This document shows, piece by piece, positions 1-11,217 of a DNA stretch of 64,000 nucleotides. The position numbers and the translations under genes were made by a program. The notes beneath the pieces are model-generated. The model ran no database searches and had not been told where the DNA came from. It worked only from the letters and a program-made list of their open reading frames with translations. This stretch comes from Mobula hypostoma (taxonomy: Eukaryota), in the NCBI RefSeq assembly GCF_963921235.1, contig NC_086097.1, positions 238,702,001 through 238,766,000 on the forward strand, in the 5' to 3' direction. Position 1 is the first letter of the stretch, and each line of letters begins with the position of its first letter.

Positions 1-130
1 CTGCCGCCCAGCTTCGTGTCATCCGCAAACTTGGAGATGCTGCATTTAATTCCCTCATCTAAGTCATTAATATATATTGTAAACAACTGGGTTCCCAGCA
101 CTGAGCCTTGCGGTACCCCACTAGTCACTG
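1..130 (-). mobile_element. CR1 LINE reverse-transcriptase fragment (runs off the window edge)
   Basis: Minus-strand translation [42 protein letters not shown] contains the non-LTR RT motifs; closely similar to the ORF at 35680-36447. Confidence 0.92.
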
Positions 131-505
131 CAAGATCATTACCAAGATGATGCTTGGACTAGAGGGCAGGTGCAAGCTAGGGATTTTCTCTTTGGAGCAA
201 AGGAGGACGAAAGGTGATTTAATATACAGAAGAGCACAAGTTTAAGGTGATTCGAGGAAAGTATGCTAAGATGTCAGAAGTAATTTCTACACACAGAGTG
301 GTGGGAACATGGGACACCCTGCCAAGGGTGGGCAGATATATTAGGGTTAGTTAAGAATCTGTTCGTTAAGCACATGGATGATGGTAAAATGGAGGGCTAT
401 GTCAGAGGGAAAAGTTAGATTTTTCTTAGTGTAGGTTAAAAGGTGAACAGAGCATCGTGGGCTGAAGGGAATGCACTGCATATAATGTTCTATGATCTAT
501 ATTCT
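131..505 (+). mobile_element. Degraded CR1 3' end
   Basis: Similar to the CR1 3' ends at 52862-53347 and 56300-56890; ends in gggctgaaggg...gttctatgatctatattcta. Confidence 0.75.
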
Positions 506-1339
506 AAATGATTGCAATTTGCCTGCAGGACATAATCCTTTAGATTCTAATTTGTTTTTTTTTTAACTGCTTAGTGAGGTCCAAAATACCTCCCTGGCCT
601 TGTATTGGAGAAATGGAATGAAAAGAGATCACCACACCATGAGCACTAATTATCCTCTCTCCAGACACAATCAGGAGCTGGTATTTCAGTAAGAAAGCTT
701 AGGATCTAATCAGAGCACAATTTCTCAGCTTCTACTGACTAATTAACCTCAATAGCAATTATTACGGCAGAATATTATACCACTCTGATGGTAAATTCTG
801 CATAGTTTATTTAGCCTGCTAAATTACCAGCACTGTGACCATGAGGTGTGACCTCCCCATGCCAGGAGTATTCCGTTGTAATCCTGCCTTATTGTAATGA
901 AGGCATTCTGTCAATGTCCTTCAGACTTCGCCCACGAAGTAATGGATGTGCTGGGCTGCTTGCTGCAAATCGTTATCATTAGACTGACAATTATCCCAGC
1001 AACCACAGCTTAATGGGTAAGTGAGATTTTGGACAAAAGATAGAAACATATTATAAAACCAGGAAAAGTATCTGTCAGGTGGACATTAGTACAGAAACTT
1101 TCATTTGTGCTGATAGCTACTTGTGGAAACCAAACAGGAAAAGTGATGATAATTGTACACATCATCCTCTATAAAGATAGCTTACAGCATTTCCATCAAG
1201 CTCTTCATTGAAACATGTTGGTTTCAGTTCTCCATAAAATGTAATTTAAACTTCTATCTGCAAGAAGAAATAATGCGGATATGATGGGTGTCGAGCGTCC
1301 GAACCAAACCAGCAGTAAATGATTAATACAGAGCCAAAG

Positions 1340-4261
1340 GACCATAAGACCATAAGATATATGAGCAGAATTAGACCATTTGGCCCATTAAGTCTGCTGT
1401 GCCATTTCATCATGGCTGATCCAATTTTCCTCTCAGCCCCAATCTCCTGCCTTCTCCCCTATATTCTTTCATGCCCTGACCAATCTAGAATCTATCTGCC
1501 TTAAATATACATAAAGATTTGGCCTCCACAGCTGCCTGTGGCAAAGAATTCCACAGATTCATCACTCTGTGGCTCAAGAAATTTCTCCTTATCTCCATTC
1601 AAAAAGTAAGCCCCTTTAGTCTGAAGCTGTGTCCTCTTGTCTCAGACTCTCCCACCATAGGAAACATCCTCTCTGCATCCACTCTATCAAGGCCTTTCAC
1701 CACTCAAAAGGTTTCAATAAGGTCACTCCTCATTAGAAGCATAGAAACATAGAAAACCTACAGCATAATACAGGCCCTTCGGCGAACAATGCTGTACTGA
1801 ACATATACTTATTTAGAAATTACCTAGGGTTACCCATCTATTTTTCTAAGCTCCATGCACCTATCCAGGAGTCTTTTAAAAGACCCTATTGTATCCACCT
1901 CCACCACCGTAGCCAGCAGCCAATTCCACGCACTCACTACTCTGTGTAAAAAAACTTACCCCTGACATCTCTTCTGCACCTAATTCCGAGCACCTTAAAA
2001 CTGTGCCCCCTCCTGTTAGCCATTTCAGCCCTGGGATAAAGCCTCTGACTGTCCACACGATCAATGCCTCTCATCATCTTATACACCTCTATCAGGTCAC
2101 TTTTCATCCTCCACTGCTCCAAGGAGAAAAGGCCAAGTTCACTCAACCTATTCTCATACAGCATGCTCGTCAATCCAGACAACATCCCTGTAAATCTCCT
2201 CTGCACCCTTTCTATAGTTTCCACATCCTTCCTGTAGTGAGGTGACCAGAACTGAGCTCAGTACTCCAAGTGGGATCTGACTAGGCTCCTATATAGCTGT
2301 AACATTAACTCTCAGCTCTTGAACTTAATCCCGTGGTTAATGAAGGCCAATGCACCGTATACTTTCTCAACCCCAGAGTCAACCTGCGCATCCGAGTGAC
2401 CTATGGACTCGGACACCAAGGTCCCTCTAATCCTTCACACTGCCAAGTGTCTTACCATTAATACTATATTCTGCCATCATATTTGACCTACAAAAGAACC
2501 ACATCACACTTATCTGGGTTGAGCTCCATCTGCCACTTCTCAGCCCAGTTTTGCATCCTATTGATGTCCTGCTGTAACCTCTGACAGCCCTCCACACTAT
2601 CCACAACACCCCCAACCCCCAACCTTTGTGTCATCAGCAAATTTATTAACCCATCCCTCCACTTCCTCATGCAGGTTATTTATAAAAATCACGGAGTAGG
2701 AGAAGGGGTCCCAGAACAGATCCCTGAGGCACACCACTGGTCACCGGCCTCCATGCAGCATATGACCTGTCTACAACCACTCTTTGCTTTCTGTGGGCAA
2801 GCCAGTTCTGGATCCACAAAGCCAGGTCCCCTTTGATCCTATGCCTCCTTACTTTCCCAGAGGCCTTGCATGGGATATCTTATCAAATGCCTTGCTAAAA
2901 TCTATATACACTACATCTAATGCTCTACCTTCATCAGTGTGTTTAGTCACATCCTCAAAAAGTTCAATCAGGCTTGTAAGGCGTGACCTGCCTTTGACAA
3001 AGCCATGCTGACTATTCCTAATCATATTATAACTCTCCAAATGTTCATAAATCCTGCCTCTCAGGATCTTTTCCATCAACTTACCAACCACTGAAGTAAG
3101 ATTCATTGGCCAATAATTTCCTGGGCTATTTCTAATCTCTTTCTCGAATAAGGGAACAACATCTGCAACCCTCCAGTCCTCCGGAATCTCTCCAGGACCC
3201 ATTGATTTCGCAAAGATCATTGTCAGAGGCTCAGCAATCTCCTTCCTCGCCTCCCACAGTAGCTGGGGTACATCTCATCCGGTCCTGGAAACATATCCAA
3301 CATGATGATTTCCAAAAGCTCTAGCACATCCTCTTTCTTAATATCTCTATGTTCAAACATTTCAATTCACTGTAAGTCGTCCCTACAATCGCCAAAATCC
3401 TTTTCCATAGTAAATACCGAAGGAAAGTATTCATTAAGTATCTCTGCTATCTCCCCCGTTCCATACACACTTTTCCACTGTCACACTTGATTGGTCCTAT
3501 TCTCTCACATCTTATCCTCTTGCTCTTCACATACTTGTAGAATGCCTGGGGGTTTTCGTTAATCCTGTCCGCCAAGGCATTCTCATGGCCCCTTCTGGCT
3601 GTCCTAATTTCATTCTTAAGCTCCTTCCTGCTAGCCTTATAATCTTCTCAATCTCTGTCATTACCTAGATTTTTGAACCTTTCGTAAGCTTTGCTTTTCT
3701 TCTTGACTAGATTTTCAGCAGTCTTTGTACACCACACTTCCTGTACCCTACCATCCTTTCCCTGTCTCATTGGAACGTACCTATGCAGAATGCCATTCTT
3801 CTGAATTCTAGTGAATACAGATCCACAGCCATCAAACATTCTTCATATGACAAACCATTCAATGCTGGGATCATTTTTGTGAAGCTCCTTTGAATACTCT
3901 GCAGTTTCAGCACGTCATTTCTGAGCTAAGAGCTCCACAACTGCTCACAATACTCCAAGTGAGGCCTCACCAGTGCTTTATAAAGTTTCAACATTAGATC
4001 CTGGCTTTTATATTCTAGTCCTCTTGAAATGAATGCTAACATTGCATTTGTCTTCCTCACCAGAGACTTAACGTGCAAATTAACTTTTAGGGAATCCTGT
4101 ACAAGGACTCCCAGATCCCTTTGTGCCTCAGATTTCTGTTTTTTCTTTCCATTTTGAAAATAGTCAACCCTTTCGCATTTTCAACTAAAGTGCATGACCA
4201 TACAGATCCGGACATTGTATTCCATCTACTACTTCTTTGTCCATTCTCCAAATCTGTCTAT
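1340..4261 (-). mobile_element. CR1 LINE (tcttatgg-tail subfamily), split into 1340-1734 and 3794-4261 by a nested CR1
   Basis: Tail gaccataagaccataag; sequence resumes in register after the insert (ggtcactcctcatt ... cattcttctgaattc), with catt on both sides. Confidence 0.85.
1735..3793 (-). mobile_element. CR1 LINE (tctatgtt-tail subfamily), 5'-truncated, ORF2 RT decayed
   Basis: ORFs 2849-3220 (PEDWRVADVVPLF, SQHGFVKGRS, DFSKAFDK) and 1937-2224 (ERVQRRFT, RGHSFK); tail catagaaacatagaaaa. Confidence 0.93.
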
Positions 4262-4360
4262 GTATAGTCGCTGTCTTGCCGCCTTTAAATCTGCATCGAT
4301 ATGTTGAGACCAGGTTAGGTCCTCAGAGATCTTGACACCCAGGAACTCGAAACTGCTCAC

Positions 4361-5833
4361 AGTAACCCAGGTTAATTAAGCCCAAAGGTGTGACGTTAGA
4401 ATATTCTACCTGGGGAGGAATGAAAACGGTTTACTGATTTTTTTAAAAAAAAGAGAATTTGAAAGAAATGCTACGTGAGGGAGGGGCAGGCACCGGACGG
4501 CCAGGGAGAGAAACGCAGCAACGATTAGAACCTGAAGACATGAACTATAAAGAGTGGAATTAGTAGTGAGTATCTTGACCCTACTAACGTGAAACCCCTG
4601 GAGGAGAGACAATAGCAATAAAAGATTTATTGAAGCTACAGCTATAACATGCAGCAGCATTAATGAGACAATATCGGCAGAGACCAGTGTCCAAAATTCC
4701 TACTGAATAGTCAGAACTAGTTCTGCAAAATCAAACCAAGGGACTTGGTTAATTTTTTGTACAAGTTTGTGAACTGCATTTCTTTGGATGAGTAACACAC
4801 ATCAAAGTTGCTGGTGAACACAGCAGGCCAAGCAGCATCTGTAGGAAGAGGTGCGGTCGACGTTTCAGGCCGAGACCCTTCGTCACGAAGGGTCTCGGCC
4901 TGAAACGTCGACTGCGCTTCTTCCTATAGATGCTGCCTGGCCTGCTGCGTTCACCAGCAACTTTGATGTGTGTTGCTTGAATTTCCAGCATCTGCAGAAT
5001 TCCTGTTGTTTGATGTGTGTTGCTTGAATTTCCAGCATCTGCAGAATTCCTGTTGTTTTTCTTTGGATGATAAACTATTTCATTCCAATGAACTAAGAAA
5101 CAAAATGGCGAGCCATCCAAGATGAAGAACCAGCGTGGGAACAAAATGTGTGATGACGCAGAGGATTTAATACGATTGGATGTATAAGTATATTCTCATT
5201 CGAAGAATTTGAGTTTGATTTTCTACAAGAACTGATGATTTTTGCACAGACTTTGTTAAATTACTGCATGAGATTTACTTTGTTTGAAAGTTGTGATGTT
5301 GGAAAATTGTCGTGAAACTGTGTCTGTATAATTTTTGAATTTAAATTTAAACTTGTAGATATACTGCCTGGAACTGAAACTGAAATTAACTATAATACTT
5401 GAGAATAGAAATTATATTTCGTTTTCTAACTAACTGGGGATAAGTAAAAGGAAAAGTTTATTCTGTAAACTTTTAAATAGGGAATAACACTAGATCTAAT
5501 TAGTTAGAAAAATTGGACTAACAAAGGTTATTCTAATGAATATCTCTTATTCTAACTAAACAAGAATTTATCTTTTGTTGATATCCAAGATTTGGAACCA
5601 AAACAAAATGTTTGAATTTTGAATTGTTCTGGCTCATGTAAATATTTTGTACATATTGTTTTTTCCCTTATAAACAAAACCTTACTTCCAGAAGTGTGTG
5701 GTTTCTATTCACTGCCTTCTTCTGATATCTGAAACTTTCTGATGGCCTATTAGCACCCAGTGTGATTTGATTTTCTCAAAAGAGTGTGATGACTAGTCAC
5801 ACATGATAAGACTGGTGCTACACAGGTGTTACA
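4361..5833. mobile_element. Probable solo LTR (about 1.2 kb without its internal insert), Gypsy/ERV-like
   Basis: Termini agtaaccc...ggtgttaca (inverted tgtaac/gttaca, first T mutated); flanks tcac/tgac fit a 4-bp TSD with one mismatch; cleanly interrupts the Rex1 RT sequence. Confidence 0.65.
4792..5057 (+). mobile_element. Palindromic PLE-terminus (hammerhead module) insertion
   Basis: Inverted repeat 4794-4974 centred at 4884; 47-bp tandem duplication of the 3' tail; 13-bp TSD tttctttggatga at 4779-4791 and 5058-5070. Confidence 0.9.
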
Positions 5834-6115
5834 TGACTCTCTCCACTTCTGATCCCTCTATGAGGATTGGTATGTTTTCCTTCTTCTTACCTTTCCTGAA
5901 GTCCACAATCAGCTCTTTCATCTTACTGATGTTGAGTGCCAGGTTGTTGCTGTGACATCACTCCACTAGTTGGCATATCTCGCTCCGGTACACTCTCTCA
6001 GCACCATCTGAGATTCGACCAACAATGGTTGTATCATCAGCAAATTTATAGATGGAATTTGAGCTATGCCTAGCCACACAGGCATGGGTATAGAGAGAGT
6101 AGAGCAGTGGGCTAA

Positions 6116-6620
6116 TACTGGTAACTTCACACATCTCATGACCCCTGACACCTGGAGCTTCCACCATGCTGTTAGTGTCTTCCACAGCTAAGACTGATGC
6201 AATATACATATTCAACTCATCCTCCATTTCCATGTCCCTCATTACTACCACTTCAGCATTGTTTCCAGTGGTCTGATATGTACTCTCACCTCTCTTTTAC
6301 ACTTTATGTGTCTGAAGAGACTTTTGGTATCCTCTTTAATGTACTTGGCTAGCTTAACTTTGTATTCCAACTTTACCTTCTTTATGACTTTTTAAGTTGC
6401 CTTCTGTTGGTTTTTAGAAGCATCCCAATTCTCTAACTTCTCACCAATTTTTGCTCTATTATATGCTCTCTTTTTGGCTTTTATGTTGCCTTTGATTTCT
6501 TTTGTTCGGCACGGTAGTGCCATCTTGCCTTTAGAATACTTCTTCAGCTTTCGGATGTACAGTATATATCCTGTGCCTTCTGAATTGCTTCAGAAGGTCT
6601 CCAGAAAATTTAACTATTCT
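6116..6620 (-). mobile_element. CR1 ORF2 endonuclease-RT linker fragment
   Basis: ELNMYIASVLAVEDT..PGVRGHEMCEVT; similar to 44390-44860 and to the reverse complement of 27660-27870. Confidence 0.8.
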
Positions 6621-6854
6621 GCTGGGCAATTCTCTTTGTTGTTTGTTGCCTATTGGTACATAAATTTTCAGACACGACTGAAATGCAACACCTCCACACA
6701 TTAACCCACTCCACCACCTCTCTTAACACCACTATATTCACACTAGCCTCTCTATGTACTTAACTCAACACGTCCATCCTTTAACACACCAACCACAACA
6801 TACATACCAGTCACACTATGTACTTGATGCAGCACCTCCATCCATTAATACACC

Positions 6855-7088
6855 TGATGCACTATCAATAACTCCAAAAGACTGGAAGTAAAGTAAATAC
6901 TGAAAGGCTTTTATTAGCAGTAAAATGTGACCTCCACCATGCTGAGCATCTGCCTCTGGACTGAGGAGAGGAGCAATGGCGCAATCGCCTTTATTCAGGG
7001 GTCTGTGGGAGGAGCCACAGGAGCAGTCAGCAGAGGGGCGCGTCCAAACAGGTCACCCAGTTACAACATATATATATGGTTTACCACA
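6855..7088 (-). mobile_element. Short solo LTR (234 bp)
   Basis: TG...CA termini (tgatgcac...ttaccaca); perfect 5-bp TSD acacc at 6850-6854 and 7089-7093; AATAAA on the minus strand near 6910. Confidence 0.75.
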
Positions 7089-7799
7089 ACACCACGTCCC
7101 ACCACCACCACTACATAACACACCAGCCACACTATATATTTGATGCATTTTAAGTTCATCTCATGAAGCTATGTAAATAGACTCATTTTATAGCCACACT
7201 CAAACGCTTACTTTTACTTTGTATTTTATAGAATTTCCTTTATAGTTATTTTGTTCTTTATACTTATTGTGTGTTTTTTATGCTGCATTGGATCTGGAAT
7301 AACAATCATTTTGTTCTCCTTTACACTCCTCCAATGAATAATTACAATAAACAACTTCGTGTGTTCCTTAAAGCTATACAGTTCAAGTCTGATAATTTCA
7401 AGTCTTTGTGTTAGTTTTGAAAGTAGTATATATTATAAATCATACCCATTCCCCACACACATAAGCAGTCATCTAACCCCATTTCAGGCTGTCTTCTTTG
7501 ACCTCCAGTGGACTTGGATTCACAATGACTTGGGTCTTCGGCTGCCTCAGTAGATTCACATAGATACGTCATCCTGAACATTGAACTTTGAACCATGTAC
7601 AAGCAGATGACTACAGTGTGTTGACCCATATACACGTACCTTGATTTCATTGTACATGGATCACCTTCTCCCCTGACAAATTCATACTTCATCTTCTTTT
7701 GGTAAAGTTTAATGGCAATTGGCAGACCAAAATAAGGTGCATTATTACTACCTATGAGTTGGAGTATGGAACAAACAGACAGGAAGTACACCCACTGAA

Positions 7800-8350
7800 C
7801 TCCACCTCCCCAAGAAAAAAACTCAAATAATATCAAAAAAATCCAATGCTTTTGAAAAAGTCGAATACACATTTATATACATTATAATGGTAGTGATATC
7901 CAGACAGACTTCCCATATTAGACTGTGCCTGTCTCAAAGATCCCAAATTAACAATTAGATGTTTCCTTTGCACCTCATAAGAACTGCACTCAGTCAATAT
8001 ATGCTGCATCATTTCATGACAGGCGCACTCCCTACAAATGTCCACATTATGCATATTAATTCTGAACAAGGGATTATTGAACCTAGTATGCCCGATACAT
8101 AAACATGTAAGTATAATTTCTTCCCTTTTTTCCCCACTTCCCCATTGATTTCCCACCATCCTCTGAATTTTATATAAATGCTGTCCTTTATTTTCCTTAT
8201 CCCAACTTTGTTACCATAGTAATCAAATTATAGCTTTCACCTCCCCTTCATGCAGAAGCATTTATATCCTTAACTTTAAGTGATTGATTGGTTCGAATAC
8301 CTTGTTTCCTTCAACCCCAAAGTTCAGACTTGCATTGACCTGCAAAAACT
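7800..8350 (-). mobile_element. I/Nimb-group LINE 3' fragment (RNase H remnant plus C-terminal zinc knuckle)
   Basis: ORF 7833-8159 REEIILTCLCIGHTRFN..C..C..E...HILTECSSY matches the LTRLRIGH..CxxC..HxLxxC signature; upstream GVEGNK resembles the RNase H GxxGNE motif. Confidence 0.7.
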
Positions 8351-8599
8351 TAGTGAACAGAGGCAACTTTCCATGAAGACAATTAAACCGTAAAATAGCT
8401 GGAACGGCCTATTAAGCATCAAATTAGCTTCAGCTGTTTTTCTTTAGTTTTTGAAGTATTCATCACAGTTTCAGTCAAAGCTCTACTTTTAATTTGAGTA
8501 AGAGCCATGTATATATATTTCAGAACATTACTATGCGCTGTCAATGATGCCACGAAGAGAAAGAGAAACAAGTGATTTCCTATAAACTCACCAGCTATA

Positions 8600-9075
8600 T
8601 ACTTGCTTCACACAGGATGAGCGAACATATCACTCCTGTCTTAGCTACTTTGCATTGGCTTCCTGTGTCTTTTAGAACTGATTTTAAAGTTCTCTTACTT
8701 GTTTTTAAATCTCTCAATGGTCTGGGACCAGATTACATCACAGAAATCGTTTTTGTTTTATAACCCTGTTCAAGCTCTCTGGTCTTCTTCCGCCGCTCTC
8801 TTAAATTTAAACAACCTCGCTCAAAAGATAATTGGAGGGTCAGCTTTTTTGAACTAAACAGTGGAATTCAACATCTAAAACTACAAGGGATGCAGACTCA
8901 GTTGACACTTTTAAACGGCAGATCAAAACCTATTTATTTACCCTTCCTTTTAACTAACATCTTGCTGTCTTTTAATTGATATTTATTTTTATTTTTAAAT
9001 TTTATTTTCATATTTGGACGTATCCCATTGTAAAGGTGCTCTATAATTCTGTAAATAAAGTTATTATTATTATGA
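8600..9075 (+). mobile_element. L2 LINE 3' end
   Basis: HITPVLATLHWLPVSFRTDFKVLLLVFKSLNGLGPDYI is the L2 ORF2 C-terminal signature; ends aaataaagttattattat. Confidence 0.88.
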
Positions 9076-9098
9076 TTATAATTACTATTTATCATTAG

Positions 9099-10465
9099 TG
9101 CTCTCAAGTTTACCTGGTCCATTTCCGACAGCTCCCTCCCCTTTCTAGATCTTTCTGTCCCTATCTCTGGAGACAGCTTATCTACTGATGTCTACTATAA
9201 GCCTACTGACTGTCACTGCTATCTGGACTATTCTTCTTCTCACCCTGTCTCTTGCAAAAATGCCAGCCCTTCTCGCAATTCCTCCATCTCCGCCGCATCT
9301 GCTCTCAGGATGAGGCTTTTCAATCCAGAACGAGGGAGATGTCCTCCTTTTCTAAAGAAAGGGGCTTCCCTTCCTCCACTATCAACTCTGCTCTCAAATG
9401 CATCTCCCCCATTTCACGCACATCTGCTCTCACTCCATCCTCCCGCCACCCCACTAGGAATAGGGTTCCCCTTGTCCTCACCTACCACCCCACCAGCCTC
9501 CGGGTCCAACATATTATTCTCCGTAACTTCCACCACCTCCAACGGGATCCCACTGCTAAGCACATCTTTCTCTCCCCCTCCTCTGCTTTCCGCAGGGACT
9601 GCTCCCTACGCGACTCCCTTGTCCATTCGTCCCCCCCATCCCTCCCCACTGATCTCTCTCCTGGCACTTATCCGTGTAAGCGGAACAAGTGCTACACATG
9701 CCCTTACATTTCCTCCCTTACATCAGGGCCCCAGACAGTCCTTCCAGGTGAGGCGACACTTCACCTGTGAGTTGACTGGTGTGATATACCGCATCCGGTG
9801 CTCCCAATATGGCCTTCTATATATTGGCGAGACCTGACGCAGACTGGGAGATCGTTTCACTGAACACCTATGCTCTGTCCGCCAGAGAAAGCAGGATCTC
9901 CCAGTGGCCACACATTTTAATTCCATGTCCCATTCCCATTCTGGTATGTCTATCCACGGTCTCCTCTACTGTAAAGATGAAGCCACACTCAGGTTGGAGG
10001 AACAACACCTTATATTCCTTCTGGGTAGCCTCCAACCTGATGGCATGAACATTGACTTCTCAAACTTGCGCTAATGCCCCACCTCCCCCTCGTACCCCAT
10101 CTGTTATTTATTTATATACACACATTCTTTTTCTCTCTCTCCTTTTTTTCCCTCTGTGCCTCTCACTATACCCCTTGCCCATCCTCTGGGTTCCCCCCCC
10201 CCTTTTCTTTCTCCCTAGGCTTCCTGTCCCATGATCCTCTCATATCCCCTTTGCCAATCACCTGTCCAGCTCTTGGCTCCATCCCTCCCCCTCCTGTCTT
10301 CTCCTATCATTTTGGATCTCCCCTCCCCCTCCCACTTTCAAATCTCTTACTAGCTCTTCTTTCAGTTAGTCCTGACAAAGGGTCCCGGCCCGAAACATCG
10401 ACTGTACCTCTTCCTGGAGATGCTGCCTGGCGTTCTGCGTTCACCAGCAACTTTTATGTGCGTTG
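9099..10465 (+). mobile_element. Penelope-like element (Neptune type), 5'-truncated: RT C-terminus, Cys linker, GIY-YIG endonuclease, pyrimidine-rich 3' region, hammerhead terminus
   Basis: LKFTWSIS..LPFLDL..YYKPTD..YLDYSSSHP, then SQFLHLRRICS, PCKRNKCYTCPYI and VIYRIRCSQYGLLYIGET; frameshifts and an in-frame stop after IGET. Confidence 0.93.
10368..10403 (+). ncRNA. Minimal type I hammerhead ribozyme motif, degenerate (G8>A)
   Basis: agtc-CTGACAA-agggtcccggccc-GAAA-catc-gact at the PLE terminus; stem I agtc/gact. Confidence 0.65.
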
Positions 10466-10489
10466 GATAAAATTATTGTTCTTTACTCA

Positions 10490-10838
10490 GAAAATAGAAC
10501 ATAGAATAGTACAGCACAGTACAGGCCCTTCGGCCCACAATGTTGTGCCGATCCTCAATCCCTGCTTCTCATATAAGCCCCCAACTTAAATTCCTCCATA
10601 TACCTGTCTAGTAGTCTCTTAAACTTCACTAGTGTATCTGCCTCCACCACTGACTCAGGCAGTGCATTCCACGCACCAACCACACTCTGAGTAAAAACCT
10701 TCCTCTAATATCCCCCTTGAACTTCCCACTCCTTACCTTAAAGCCATGTCCTCTTGTATTGAGCAGTGGTGCCCTGGGGAAGAGGCACTGGCTATCCACT
10801 CTATCTATTCCTCTTATTATCTTGTACACCTCTATCAT
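10490..10838 (-). mobile_element. CR1 3' end
   Basis: ORF 10629-10838 (IEVYKIIRGIDRVD..TRGHGFK); near-identical to 53010-53345; tail aaaatagaacatagaatag. Confidence 0.9.
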
Positions 10839-10845
10839 ATATATA

Positions 10846-10906
<61 letters not shown>

Positions 10907-10928
10907 ATATATATATATATATATATAT
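10837..10928. repeat. Compound microsatellite (AT)n(GT)n(AT)n
   Basis: Directly visible: long GT run 10849-10902 flanked by AT runs. Confidence 0.97.
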
Positions 10929-10933
10929 AAATG

Positions 10934-11217
10934 TATATTTATTTCACAATACAATGCAGAGTAGGTCCTTCCAGCCCTTTGAGCCACGCTGCCCCAGCAA
11001 CCTCACAACCTCGATTAATCCTAACCTAATTAAGGATAATTTACAATCTATCCGGTACACCTTTGGACTGTGGAAGGTATCTAGAGCACCGGGGAAAATG
11101 CCACGCATTCCACAGGGGGAATGTACAGACTCCTTACAGGACAGCTCCAGATTTGAACTGTAGACTTCGTAATGCCCCAAGCTGCAGTAATATCGCATTA
11201 ACTACCACGCTACCATG
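10934..11217 (-). mobile_element. V-domain tRNA-derived SINE
   Basis: Reverse complement of a tRNA-like head, V-domain (ttccacagtccaaag) and CR1-like tail; a plus-strand tail fragment follows at 11223-11320. Confidence 0.75.

Larger units (their letters stand above)
4262..6115 (-). mobile_element. Rex1/Babar LINE RT fragment, split into 4262-4360 and 5834-6115 by a solo LTR
   Basis: SPLLYSLYTH..KFADDTTIVGRIS in ORF 5958-6251; both halves are colinear with the reverse complement of the Rex1 copy at 23843-24130. Confidence 0.88.

Noticed and set aside
925..1022. Possible exon between tccttcag and gg|gtaagt
   Set aside because: All three frames contain stops and no protein is recognisable; a non-coding exon cannot be excluded without RNA data.
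4792..5057. CRISPR-like or terminator reading of the palindromes and tandem repeat
   Set aside because: Eukaryotic context, no repeat-spacer periodicity and no cas genes; explained by PLE termini with TSDs.
4749..5144. 131-aa ORF and similar ORFs at 28502-28843 and 48303-48527
   Set aside because: Chance read-through of the palindromic hammerhead module; the same peptide recurs because the DNA is a repeat.
10849..11163. ORF beginning MCVCVCV
   Set aside because: Translation of a (GT)n microsatellite plus an antisense SINE.
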